Of a DNA stretch of 64,000 nucleotides, positions 50,164-63,600 are shown one piece after another. Below the pieces are notes generated by a model. That model made no database searches. It had not been told where the DNA came from and worked only from the letters and a program-made list of their open reading frames with translations. The position numbers and the translations under genes were made by a program. The stretch lies in NCBI GenBank assembly GCA_038496445.1, contig JALMLS010000130.1, positions 62,001 to 126,000 of the forward strand, in the 5' to 3' direction. Position 1 is the stretch's first letter. The number at the start of each line of letters is the position of its first letter. This DNA comes from Trichosphaerium sp. ATCC 40318. Its lineage: Eukaryota; Protista; Tubulinea.

Positions 50164-53152
50164 ATGTGCCATAAAATGGTGGTACTGTTAACATTGGCTC
50201 TATTTATTTGTAAAATGAACGCATTACAACAACACAAGAAGCTCAGCACAAAGCGCAACTTAGTCACGTTTGAGGAGTTTGGTTTTGGCGCACGTATGTA
50301 CAGGTTTACGGACAAACGTCACGCTTTTTTTTTGGGTTTCACTTTTGAAGTGAACTGCGATCGTTGGGCGCTAACCTTTCTTAGACGGTACTATTTCTCT
50401 AAATGGTACAGTACAGCCATCAACAGAGACGTCATTTGTAAAAGTTATGGTCTGTGGTCTGAAAGAGTACACTCGAATGCTAACATTGAGGTTTTCACAA
50501 AAAGACCCAGCAGTCTGTAACTGTACGAGCCTCGTAACATTTTTTTTTATTATTTCTGAGCGTTTTTTTTTTTTGTGTTATTAGCTTCCTTATAACTCAT
50601 GTATCTCTATAGCTGGCTCTCAGATTCAATCGCGGTGTCGTTTCTTTGATTTATCAACCGGTATAATATAACTTTTTGCCTATTTCTGGCTCGAACGAAT
50701 GCCGAATTTCGACAAAAAGCCGTTTGTTAGTTTGAAGAAAATATGCTTTCATGTTTTTTTTGTAAAACGTTTCGTTTTTTTCTTGTGGCCATATGAAGTG
50801 CTTCTTGTCTGTTACTTTATCTAAACTACTTTTTAGAGATGAAAGCGCCAGTAACAATAACGCATAAGGATTTATATCATTTGATACTTGTACACTGTAG
50901 CAAAGGAAGACGTATGTCAAATGTTTGATTACAATTCATAGTTTTTTTCTTTTGTTTTTTCTTTTTCTTTTTCTTCTTCTTCTTCTTCCTTTCTTCCTTC
51001 CGTGGCTTTTATCTTACAATTTGCAGCAAAGGTTCCAGTCACTGTTGATATATCGTATCAACTACTAAACCCAGGTGGCCAAGAGGTAAACAGCTCATTG
51101 TTTTTTTAATTTCATTTTTTTTCTAATCAATCATTACTAGCTTCCTCTGGGGTCTGAACCTTTACCAAAATTGTATTTTTACTTATCTCATCTATGGGTT
51201 ATGCTTATTGTATTTGGTGGAGTATTCATAATCGCTGGTAGAAAGAACAGGTACGAAAAAAAATGTTTTCTGCCTTCATCACAACTACTTTTTTTGAATT
51301 CCAAAAAAAATTCTTCCTTATCTTTGTTTGATCAAATTCAATTTTATTTAAAAACACATGAAATAGCGTATATGATAAACTGTTATCATTAACATATTAC
51401 CTGGTTTATTAAGCCTTTTGGATAAGTACTAACGATGTATGTATTACTAGGACACCTATGCACTCAATCTTTGCTACTATTGCGTTTTTAAAGCTTACTG
51501 TTGTTGTTATTGATGCTGTATATTATCGTATTTATGCTAAAGAAGGAAAACGCTATGATTCTCTATCTTATATGAGGTAAGTCAGTTTTTATTTGCGAGT
51601 GTTTTTTTTACATTTTTTTTTCATTTTTTTGGTAACCTATGTGTCCTTAGGAGCTTTGTTTATGCTGTAGCTGAAACATTATTTTTTTGTGCTATTTTAC
51701 TGATAGCAAAAGGTACTTGCGCTAGTTGTATTGAAGAATCTCTGAATTACACTCTCAGTTTTTTTTTTTTGAAAAATATTGGTTGTTGTTTTACGTGTTC
51801 GTTACTCTTCTTATTGCTTGTTACTTGTACTCTTGTTATTATTTGTTGCTTATTTTTTTATTTTATAGGATGGCGTATAACACGTGCAGGTCTACCTATG
51901 CATGAGATAAGAACAGTTGTAGTAATGGTTGTTGTATTATTATCTTTCTTGCTATTCTTCTCTTTCTATAATAGTGACTATTATTTCCTCAGTCTTATGA
52001 TTATGTACTTTTTTATGCTTCCGAAAATCTTTACTAGCATATCACGGAACAAACGGTACGTAATTGATTGCTACGGTTATCTCTTTGAGTCAAAGACTTA
52101 TCTTTTTTTTGTTAGGCTGATAGAAGCACAAATGACTCTTTTACGTGGTGCCAATGGCACAGTAGATATATCACATCTTGTAACTAAGTTAGTAATGTTT
52201 AATACACTAAGAGGATCAGTGTTGTTATACCTTGGCTCTATACTTCTTGTACGTCACTTGGTAGCTTCTTTTTGTTTTTGGAAGTATTTTTTAGCTAAAA
52301 TCTTGTTTTTTTCAGGTTAATTCCATGCGTATCATGCGTCTTTGGTATCTTAATTGGATAAGCATCTCAGCAAACGAGATTATAACTGCAGTGATGGTTT
52401 GGACTGTTTTTTATATAATCAGACCACGACTGAATGGGTATGTTTTTATTTGGCATTTTTTTTTAATTTTTTTCCAAAACGGGTGTTACCTGTCTACAGT
52501 ACAAAAAACTAGTTCTAAATTATTTTGTGTTTGTTCTAAACAAAAGAATATCTGGTTGTGTTATCAGTATTCTTTACTGTTTAGTGTTGTCGTAAGGGAT
52601 GAAAAATAGCGAGCGAGATTTTTTATAAAACAAAACTTTGCTATTTTTTTTTTGGTATTAAATTTCTTTCTTAATCAAGGGTATTCTCTGGACCAAATGA
52701 TGTTATCATGCCTTTTGATCGGTTACAGAGGTTGATGGACGTTCATAATGCTAATGACGACGAAGATCCTAATGGTAGGGTTGAACCTTATGGTACGTCT
52801 TTTTTGTCAAAATTTCTATTTCTTGTGAGTTTCCACACCCCAATAACCCACAACTTATTTTATTTTCTGTTTGTTTTTGGCCGCCTTTGTTATAATACAA
52901 AGGCTATATAGCAACGATATAAAAATTATTTTGTTTTGTGCTTTAGGAAGGCCTTTTTCTTGGATTTGTATTTTTGCTTACATTTTGTTCTTAGATATGG
53001 AGGGTACTAATTCTATTGTTGTACAATGGCCTTCTATCAAGGGTGAACCTGGATTAGTACCTATGGCTGTTTGTGTTGCAGAGACTGATAGAGTTGATGA
53101 GATACTACGTGACCACTTACAGCTTAGTAGGGTCGAGAAAGACCATCCATGA
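50164..53152 (+). CDS. GOST-family 7TM protein (GPR107/108/TMEM87-like)
   Basis: Signal peptide, FEEFGFG, NPGGQELPLGSEPLP, LIAKGWRITR, RP after the last TM. Start could also be ATG 50140. Confidence 0.78.
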
Positions 53153-53673
53153 AAATTATTATCTGAATGTATGTAAAAGTCTTAATATAAGATTTGTACC
53201 TTTAGCACTTCTTCTCTACAAATATTGTTTGTTTTGGTTACTTTTGGTTAAGATGAGTTGCAGAGGAGTCGCCATTTCTATTACCACAAACCCATTAATG
53301 GGCTCCAAAGTTGCCAATCTCGTACCTTATGCTGTCACTCTTGCTGCTAGCTTTAATGTGGATCCTGGCTACAGCCAAAAAAACCATGGTATCTTGAAAG
53401 CTGTAACAGTCACTTAAGGTGTTCAGTCATCAATTTATTTATTTGCACACGGTTATAATTCTGTTTTATGAAAGCATTTGCGATGTTTTTTTCCATTTGG
53501 CAGTAGTTCATAGTTGTCAAAAAAGCAGTTGTTTGTTAGTTGTCCTTCCTTTAAGTTTCTACAGTATCACTCGTATTTATTATACTAACAATGTATCGCT
53601 GTTAGTGATACTCTTCTATTGTCACACTTTATCAATCACGTGATGTGGTGTAAAAAAAAGGTGTTTGGTATTT

Positions 53674-56600
53674 TTATTTCAATGCAAAATCTTTACAACA
53701 TGTTATAGGAAGATCAAGATAAGATGGGTGCACATTACCCAGAAGCATAGGACGTGGATTCAAGTTATAGATTTTATCCCAATAAAGGTAAATCCTTAAA
53801 CCATCTCTTTTACATGTTTGAAGTGCGCTAGAAATAAAAAAGTCAAAAGACAATAATTGTTTAACCAAAAAAAAAAAAAAGAAGTTAAGGCTCCTTATCG
53901 TCACCCCAAACAAAAAAACTATGTGTGACACATAAAAAAATTAGTAGTAATTTATGTATTGATACGTATTTTCTTATTTGAAGGATAGGATAAGAGGTAA
54001 AGGTAAGGACGTAAAAAGGAAGAAAAACGTTCAAAAAAAAAAAGTCTCACAAAAAGAAAAAGATGTAAATGCGTTTTTGTGTACCCTTTCATCAACTCCC
54101 AGTATTTCTTTCTTCTTCTTTGCGATTGAGATATTATATGTATACTTCTAAGTGTTGGTGATTTAGTAATAAATCCATGAAGAGCATCAAAAGTAAACTC
54201 AGTTGGTTTAAAAATGACAACACGTCTCAAGCAAGACCCTAAACAAAAATATATTAGACCTACAGTGCGCTGATAATATATAATAACAAACCTTGTATAA
54301 TATTAAGAGCTTCATTCATTGCTTCATATAAACCAAGTCGAAGAAACCAAAGCCTAAGAATTTTATGAGAAAAAAAAAAGTTCCACCAAGAAAGTAGAGC
54401 ATTAGGCCGTCTGACTCCTTTAAACTAATACCAAAGCTAGTATAGTTTATGGAGTATTGAGAAATAAAGACGTGATGATGAACGTACTTGTTGTGGTCCA
54501 ATACTTCTGAGATTGAATGAGCAACAAACACAGAGTCTCCGGTGAGTCGACTTAAAAGAGTGAGTTCTTTTAAGTTTGTACTAGCACCAATAAAATCAGC
54601 AACGCCTTGAGAAGAACATTTAACAATGTTCATCAAAGATAACGATTCAAGGCCTTCTGCAAATTTACCTAAAACACCAAAGTAAGATTTAGAAAATCAC
54701 ATGTTAAAGTTCAAAAGAAATTGTCGTCCTCAAGTTAAGAACATCAGGATTTTGCAAAAGAAAGAAATCCTTCAAACATAAAAGCTCAATAGGTTGACAG
54801 TTGAATGAAGATATAAAGTCTTCACCAAAAAGAGACTGTGCAACCTAATTTTGTGGATAATAATCCACGATATTCAAAGACATGAAGAATGAAGGTAAAA
54901 AAAAAAAAAGCATTCCAAGAAGTTTCTCTTGTTTCTTACGGCTTAGTTTATCCATAGATGAGTCTGTCAATTGTGCGCAATTATTCAATCCCAGAGTAGT
55001 TATATTATTCGATCTAGAAGAGCACAATTTATCAATAAGTTCATCTGTAACAACTGCTGTATATTTAGGAAAAGCTGTTGTTCCATTTCCCCAATCTGGT
55101 AGATTATACACACTATCCATTGATGGCATGACACCAAGCTACAACTATTAGTTACTTCCTTCAATTAAAGGCACTAGATCAGCCATTAAACGGCTAATAA
55201 AATACGCTAAAAACTTACCTTCAAAGTTCTCAAATCCAATCGAATCAACAGTTCGATTAAATCAGCTTCTGTTAAAGGAGTTAGAGTCATCTACAACATA
55301 GTACACGATGACAAAAATTGATTACCGGCAATTGCCTCATTGGAAGGTTTCGTATTTACAATCATCACAAGTTCTAGGTCACGTATTGAATCTGGTAAAC
55401 TACAGTACTATTAGTACCAACCAATCACGTGAGACTTTTTTTTTCAATAAAATAGTTGTCCTGCCTTAAGGTTGTAGTTTTTGTACAAAATGAACGCTTG
55501 CCTGTTGATGAACATTGATGCATTTGTTATACCAAGCTCATTCAGAGTTAAATTCAAACGAACCAATTTAGGGAATAAAGCTAGTGTTTAGAAAAGATGG
55601 TTTAGTTTGTACTTAAGTAGGCCATAAGAAAAGAAAGTAAGTCTTACTTATGGAGCCTGATGGGCAAGATAAACCTCCCGCAATAGCTATACCATAAGGT
55701 CTGTGTTTACTGTTACCTATGAAAAAAATCAAGTTAATAAAGAGAACAGTGGACACCAAATGAAGAAAAGTACGAAGAAAAACACCCAAGAAAACGTCGG
55801 GGTGATTACAAGCCCTGCATGCAGGGTAACCCACCTGATTGAATTGTTAGATCTAGTAGGTTAGGTAAACTATCAGATAACATCTTCAAGTTTATTTTAA
55901 TAGATCCCATTGCCATTGATAAACGAGTCAAGTTCTTCATGTGCCATGAAGCCAAAAACTTCTAAAAAAAAAAAAGGTAAGAAAAAAAACAGTTAGTTTT
56001 TGTTAAATGCGTGGACGTACAGGTAGCCACCTTTTGCAAAAATTACACGCTTTCACATCATCGCCAGAAGGTAGTTCTTGTGTACCATTGATATTATAGC
56101 ATTGGTATGGAATAATGGACGTCACTGGTAGTTTAACAATATACGACTTAAAAAAAAAGTTAATCAATGTCTACAGCAACTACCTTGTGGTTCTGTTCTG
56201 GCTTACCTTTAAAGTGTTGCACTTATTTGCTTTAGAAACACTATCAAAAGCCAGAGAATACGTTGACTTTATTGTCTCCAAGTTAGGAAAACAAGTATGC
56301 AAGTCGTTCATAATAAAAGTACAATAATGTAACTCAATATGTATCACTGAAGGTATCTTTAGTGACTTCAGTAAACTCTTAGCAGCGGGTTTATAGCGAA
56401 TAGGTAAACTGTTAACATAGTAATATAAGATTAATAAAGAGTAGACACTGTAATTGAAGTAACGAACCCAAGATGTGTTAATTTGATATTCTTCTTAATC
56501 GCTCTAAAAAGAGAGGTCACATTGCCTTGCGGACCAGAGCACTCCCATCCAACAAGATCCAGATGTAATAGATTAGGACACATACTAATACACTCTATAA

Positions 56601-57468
56601 CAGTAGCTTGAGATATCCACCAGCACTCACGCAAACTATTCTAGGGTATAAGTCTCGAGAGAATCTAAGAGCAAAAAAATACCACGTGACAAAAAGAAAA
56701 CGTTTGGTTTGTTGGGAGTCCTCACGCACCTCAAGAACTCTAAAGTGTCACTGGCTGATCTAACCATTGATAATACAAGACCATCAGTTATATCCCAGCA
56801 TCTACAAGCGCAAGTGAGATGAGGAAGCGTTGATTTCTTTTAACGAAGGTGTTACCTGTAAAAGTCAAGCGTTTTACGTTTAACAATGCTAAGAGCATCG
56901 TTGAACTGTCTAGAAACAAGCTCAAGCCCGTTTCGCTCAAGTAAATGAAGGTTTTCTAGAATCTTAACCATAATCTCTAAAGGCGCCTCATTTATGACAC
57001 AGGGCTTCTTAGCATCTATTTTGGCGATCTAAAAACGTCGTTTAGAGTAATCACCTTGAAAACAAAGCAACCGGCTTTTTAGGTGTCGGAGTATTATTAC
57101 TGATTACTAAATCAACGATATAATGTGTTAAGAAGTACCTCTGCTTCAATTTGAGTTTTCCAAGTAGCAAGCTTCGGTTCAATCCCTTGAAGCTCTTCTG
57201 TCACTTCATCAAATAAGTCTATACCGCTCTAAACCCAAATAATAAGCCTGGCGCGAAAATAGGAAACAAACTGTGTTTTTTGTTGTACCTCGCCGTGTAT
57301 GACTTTCTTTTCGCTATTTAACACGTCTTGTACCTTTTTGACAAGGGAAAGAAGTTGAACGTACGAAACACCGCCTTCAATAGGCTGTTTCGCAACCTTT
57401 TTCTTCTTCTTCTTTGGTGGTATCGTTACTTTCTTCTTTCTATGTAAGTCCTTCTTCTTAGGTGGCAT
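53674..57468 (-). CDS. Multi-exon F-box/LRR protein with basic N-terminal NLS
   Basis: MPPKKK.. start, F-box INEAPLEIMVKILENL...LVSRQF, LRRs (CPNLLHLDL, ITTLGLNNCAQLTD). Confidence 0.8.
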
Positions 57469-57662
57469 TGTTGTTTGACAATTTCGCTGGATAAAATGAA
57501 GTAGAAATCTGGCAACTTTTCAGAAAACTTTTGAAAAAAGGAATTCAATTTGTTGTTTTTCATTTTCTGACTGTTTTGTAATCGCTAATACAACACTCAT
57601 CAGTGTTTACAATTATGAGGGTTGAGCATAGAATCCAGTAGTGAAAGTGTAATGGAGTTTTA

Positions 57663-58499
57663 TTAAACTAAGCTTATTGAATTAGGCGGATCAATAGGGT
57701 CATATTGCATACTGCCGCAAGTACAATTGAAATGAAAAGATAAACCATTAAATTCTTGTGGTTCAAAGTGCATTTGGTAGTCATCCCAAATATAAGTGCC
57801 TCTCAATGAACTCAGTGCTTTCCATGGGAGAGCAGTGATAGCTGTAGAATTTGCTAAAGAGTGTCAGTAAGTGTCTCAAAAAACCAATAAATGGGCTTGT
57901 CTTTTCATAGCAGTAAGCTACCATGTTGCTGAGTGAGCCGCTCCACTACAACATGTATACTACTCTATTTTAGAGTACATGCGGACTTAAACAATGTGTA
58001 ACAATGAAAGAAAAGTTGGGAGGTACCATTCTTAAGTTGGGATGTATATGGATATCCAAGAAGTCTCATCAAAGCAAAAGTTCCTTCTTGTGTATTTATT
58101 GCATCAAAAAATTTTGTATCTAATGGTATCTTGAAGTCCTGGTAGTATTCATGAAACTTGTCAGGTTCGCGAGCAGGTTCACCACTTTCTAAGAAGTTTT
58201 GAACCAGCATTACGTCAGAAGAATTATAAGTATCTTTATCTCCTAATGTATGAAATCGAATACGAGTGGCATAGAAAGGAATAGTGTACGGTTCACGGGT
58301 TACAATAATCGCCCAATCGAGGTACAGCTTACGTTGTAGTTTAGGGTATTGTACAGCTGCATTGAAGATATCTTGTGCTGTCATAGTGAACTTACAGTAG
58401 AATTGGTATCTACCGTACTGATTAGCATCTACCGTACTGATTAGCGTCTAAAGCTACAAAGAAAACAGCTATAGCCACAATTGATAACAATTTGATCAT
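57663..58499 (-). CDS. Orphan secreted protein; frame interrupted by a 19-bp tandem duplication unless a 28-nt intron is spliced
   Basis: Signal peptide MIKLLSIVAIAVFFVALDA is in frame with ORF 57965-58384 once the duplication is removed. Two further introns. Confidence 0.6.
58408..58445. repeat. Perfect 2x19-bp tandem duplication ATCTACCGTACTGATTAGC
   Basis: 58408-58426 is identical to 58427-58445. Confidence 0.97.
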
Positions 58500-58778
58500 A
58501 GCGACAAGGTGTGAACTCTTTTTGATAGAAATGGGCGTTTATGGCCTTCAGGCTTAAAGTGCTTAAGTTGCCTAAAGAATTTCCTAGGTTATTGCCTTCC
58601 TTTTCCAGTGACCTTCTACGTTTAGATGAATCACTCTTTCACAAAACATGAGTGACACTGAGTGTATTGGGATCCCTTTGATTTTCGTACTCAGTAGGCT
58701 CGTTAGTGAAATATTGCTAAAAAAACCCAAGGAACTTGCACTACACTATGGTTTATTGGCTGTTTTTTCATTAGTATT

Positions 58779-59836
58779 TCATAAGCTTGGGTTCCCAAAC
58801 ACTTTACTTAACAACCATTTAGTTCTTGACCCTCCAAACCTTTGTCTACGGCCCCTTCTATAGAAGTATCGCACACTAAATTCACCACTTGTCTTCCAAC
58901 AAAGTTCCTCTCCTTCTTTGAGATCATTCTTGTAAGTGCATTCCTTTTCTAATTGACCATTGTCAAACCACTCCTTATACTCTCCTTCCTTTTTACCGTG
59001 CTTATAAAAGTGAGTTTTATGAATCTGTCCATTTTCTCGCCACTGCCTCAGTTCGCCATGTAATCTATCATTCACAAAATAACATTTCTTTACCAATACA
59101 CCTGACTTATTCCAAAATTCTTGCTGTCCATCTTTCAATCCATTCTTAAACGACCATTTCTTGGACAATTGTCCATTACTAAACCAAGATCTAAATTCTC
59201 CATGGAAGATACCTTTTAAGTAGTTATGGTGAAGCACCAAAGTACCTTTAAAATACTCCTTGTACGCTCCATCAAGCTTGCCGTTAGAATAAAATGCCTT
59301 TGTTCTCAATTTACCATCTTTATTCCACTCCTTGTAGCTTCCTTCTCGTTTACCTTTGACATAATAACAACCTTCCTTTAACTGACCATTTTTATGCCAT
59401 GACTTGTACTCTCCTTCATACAAACCATTTTTGTAGTACACTTCTACTTGTAACTTTCCTCTCTGCCAAATCGAACACTTTCCTTCTTTTTTCCCATCTT
59501 TATACTGACACCTTTCTTTCAAAACTCTATGCTGGTACTCTCTATATTCTCCTTCTCTTTTACCATTCTTATACATACACGTCTTCCGCAAGTGTCCATT
59601 AAGATACCACATTTTGTGCTCACCGTGTTTTTCTAAATTCTTATTGAAGCGAGTGCTCGTAGCTGCTTGTTTAGATAACAGGGGCCACAACATGTATATA
59701 TCAACGCCAAAATCTATGATATCAAGTTGTAGCTCTAAGGGAAGCTGTAACAAGCGAGATAGAGTCGGTTTTTGCTCGTTGATCTAAATTGTATTGGTTA
59801 CAATGCCAAACGTAAGGTTTTTACCTTTGTTGCCAT
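58779..59836 (-). CDS. F-box-like + MORN-variant (YwqK-like) repeat protein; single 5' intron
   Basis: Exon MATK, intron 59784-59824, then LLQLPLELQLDII and about 11 repeats of GxYKxWxxNGQLxxxxxYxNGK. Confidence 0.85.
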
Positions 59837-60625
59837 TATTCTCTCTCCGGTGGTACCTTAGGCTTGAACCCTTGCAGCAGCCCTGTCCATAAGATCGTGC
59901 TTTAAGTGTTGGATAACTTAAAACCAAAAGCTTGAGTAAACCACGTGAATTTGGAGCTTGCTACATTTTTGATGGCAAAATATTGGATTGGGTCATGTGT
60001 CGGGTGTCGGGTTAACCGACCCATAGATATTATGGGTAGCCCGAGCCTTGACTCTATATTTTTGTACATCATTCCGTGAATTTAGCGACTGAGAAATTCT
60101 GCAGAGGATGAGCCATAGCAGTACGTGGCTACGTACACGTCCATACTTAACATTCAAGTGGATCATATGATAGGACTCTCAGCTACTTCATCAGTAGTAA
60201 GAGGCCGGGTCACGGCAATATTAAAAGTGTTGTACTTCACCCAACTAATTTAAACTAGCATAACTGTTCGTTGTCAAATCAACTAAGAAATCTCATTGCA
60301 ATTTGCGCTTACCATGTTCCGTGGTTCTGTTTTCTAGCTGTTTAGTTATTTGCAAGAACTGCTTATAACTGTAGATTGGAAACTCACGCATGCCACATGA
60401 CCATTGTAGCATGTAATTTAATGTCTTTGTAAAAGGCAACCAAAACTTGTTTATTACCATCTGTACATTGATAAAAGGGATTCACTGCGTTAACTGTAGC
60501 CAAAAAGAAATGTCCAGTTACATTTATTAATTTTGGCTTCTACGGTACTCGTAGAGCAACAAAAAAGTCTTGTTCCTGGAATTACATAATCTGTCTTTTG
60601 GTACCACCAATTTTGTAATTTCTAC

Positions 60626-63600
60626 TTAAACATTCTTTACAAAAAACTTGAGTGTCTCAAGTTCTCTGTATATCTAAAAATACAGTTGTCTTAGGGTCAT
60701 GGAAATACAAAAAAATGTGTATATATATAATAAAAGATGAGAACGTACTAGAGTTGCAGTATTGTTAAATCCGTGTCTTGTCTTTGGGAGTATTTTTAGG
60801 CTGTAAGGTTTTCCTTTCTGAATTAATTCAGAAATAAGCTCTGATGTATGTGCAAAGTGAACATTCTCATCAATGAGTCCATGAAAAATTAGTAACCTAT
60901 CATCTCTAATATAATAAAATAAACAAAGGTAGATATCATTCGTGGACAGCAACAGACAAAAGAAGAAAGAAAAAGAGGTTTCTTGCTCTTTTTTTTTCAC
61001 GCACTCGTCAGGGAAACCTGATACATAGTTCATTACTGATCCAAGTTTATAAGCTTCTGGGTTATTTTTAGGTAAGTTCATATATCTTTCTGTCCATGCA
61101 GAATCATAACCTTCCCATGCAGTCACTGGAGCACCAGAAACCCCAGCCTAAACGAAGAAGTCAGATTGATAAACGTGGCAAAAAGAAAGAAAAAGTAAAA
61201 CGATGTCCTTATCTACCTTGAAAAAATCTGGGCGCTGGGACATAGCTAATAGTGTATGGTAACCTCCATAAGACCATCCATAAATACCAACACGTTTCTC
61301 ATCAATACATCCTAGTAAATGACATTAATCCGACATCTTCTTTGTTTTTATACGGCTTAATAACTCAGTATTTAAGCTTTCAAACACGTACCAAGTTCCT
61401 TTATTAGATACTCTATACCTTCTACTTGATCAGAAACTTCAACTGTACCGAACTTTTCACGAAGAAGGCCTTCAAACTTAATGCCTATTTGATGTCATTT
61501 ATATTTTGTAATGGTTTTGTAACAAACCTCTTCCTTTAGAGCCACTACCATCAATCATGACTACAATATATCCTAAAGATGCATACAATTGGTGTATCAT
61601 GTTTCTACAGAAAGTAAGTAAGCACAAAGCGGTATAATGGAAGAAAGAGTACAAATTCAAAGAATGCAAAAACGCTATTTACAATTTACCTTGTTACTCG
61701 ATAATCGTTCTTGCAATACTGAACACCAGGACCGCCATAACTAGGTTAAAAATCAGATTTTTGTAGACTAATAATATCATTTGACTCACGTCTTAATAAT
61801 GACAGGGTACTTCTTATCAGATAAATCATCTTTTGGTTTCAACACTTGACCATGAAGTGTAGTGCCTTGGAAGAAAAACTGTTAGCTTCGCAGTGTGAAT
61901 CAAAGATAAGTCCCTCACCTTTTGTGTTCTTGAAAGAAAAGAACTCTGGTGTTCTTACATTAAAAGTTTTAGGAACAACATATTCTACTAGTTGCTTCAC
62001 TTCAAACTTCCTTCAACAAAAAAAGTCAGACTTGGGATTTTTTTGGTTGTTGCTAACAACGTACTTTGATGCTTTTGGTGGGTATGTAGTATGATCCAAG
62101 GTATAGTATTCAAACTTAAATGATGTGCTTAAATTAGAATAAGCTGTTATAAAGCCATCACAGCTTGCTTTTGCAATATGTGATGAACCAGCGCATGTTA
62201 ACCTACAACGTATTATTACTAAGAACTAGTTAAGGCTTTGGCCATTATAACGAACCTGTGGACTTGTGTTGGGTCTTTACAATCTATACTAGTAACATAA
62301 AGATGATTTTCTACATGACTATCCTTTGAACCATGAAAGTAGATTAAGCCACGTGCCTAGTAAAATAATCAAAAAAGTCTCAAGGGTTTTTTCAAAACTC
62401 CATACATTGTCTACCACAAGGCTTGCGTTTTGTACTTGCCAATCACCCTAAATACATGTATTTAGTTTAAAATACTTATGGTTAATATCGTACTGATGTT
62501 ATTGGTGTTTCATCATAAGTGCCACCTTTATTTGGTGTCAACAAATAAAGGTGATTGTAACCTGATTTTTCAGATGGGTATATTACTCTTCCAGACCCAT
62601 CACTGAAAAAATACAATGGTTTCACAGCGTTGGCCTGGTAAATTCAGTATTTGGGCGTATATTAATCGAACAATTTGTGGGACTACTTCAAGAATAGCAC
62701 AAAATAAACAGCTTAAAGAAATCTGTATGGAGTTGTGTACTTACATTTATCCATAAATCCGTTGTCTCATCAGCAAGAACAGTAAGGCCTGATGCTTCGG
62801 TTTTAGGATTCGTAGTGAATTCTGTTACATCAATAGACGCAAATACAAGGTGCTGTTGTAGTCTATCAACAAACCACACCCACACCCTTTGTCAACAAAG
62901 TCAGTTTATAAGTTCGAAAGGTTTGTTCATGTCACGTACTTGTCTCCGCTTGGAAACCAGCCTGCTGTTACTAAATACTCCATCCAAGGAAACCTTTCTT
63001 TTAGCGTTGGCGTCAAATTCTTTTGTGTAACTTTAGGATCTTTAGGCTACAATAAAAGTCAAAAATCAAAAAAAAACAAATAGTTGAAATAAAACAACAA
63101 CTGGATTTTACGAAATTCTATGAACTTCGTGTCAAGTTGAATTCTTGAAAATTGTTGAAATGTTAAAACCAATAAATGCTAGTGGCCAAGAAGAAGAACT
63201 AAAACGATAAAGAAGGTTGAAAATGTAAAGGTAGGGAATTTTTGTTGTACGTTTGATAAGTCTATTTCTGCCATGTGCAATGTAAAAGTGCAATTGACGT
63301 CCCCTATACTCTGGTGAGATAATGAAATAAGACTCAATATATTATTTACCAGCTAAGGGATAAGGGAAGGTGTCTACATCACCTCTAAATCCTGATTCCG
63401 GCATGGAAAATGTAGGAACATTACGTTCATCTGTTTTTACATAAAAAATTTTGTAGACATTTCCTTCCGGTTTTGGAGACCACCAATAGCCTGTGTAACG
63501 ATAGAACTCTTCCTATTATACTCGCATGAGTCTACATGAGCGTATATACAACTTGGAGCTTACCTGAGCTATATAATCGGCAGAACCAGAGTAAACTCGG

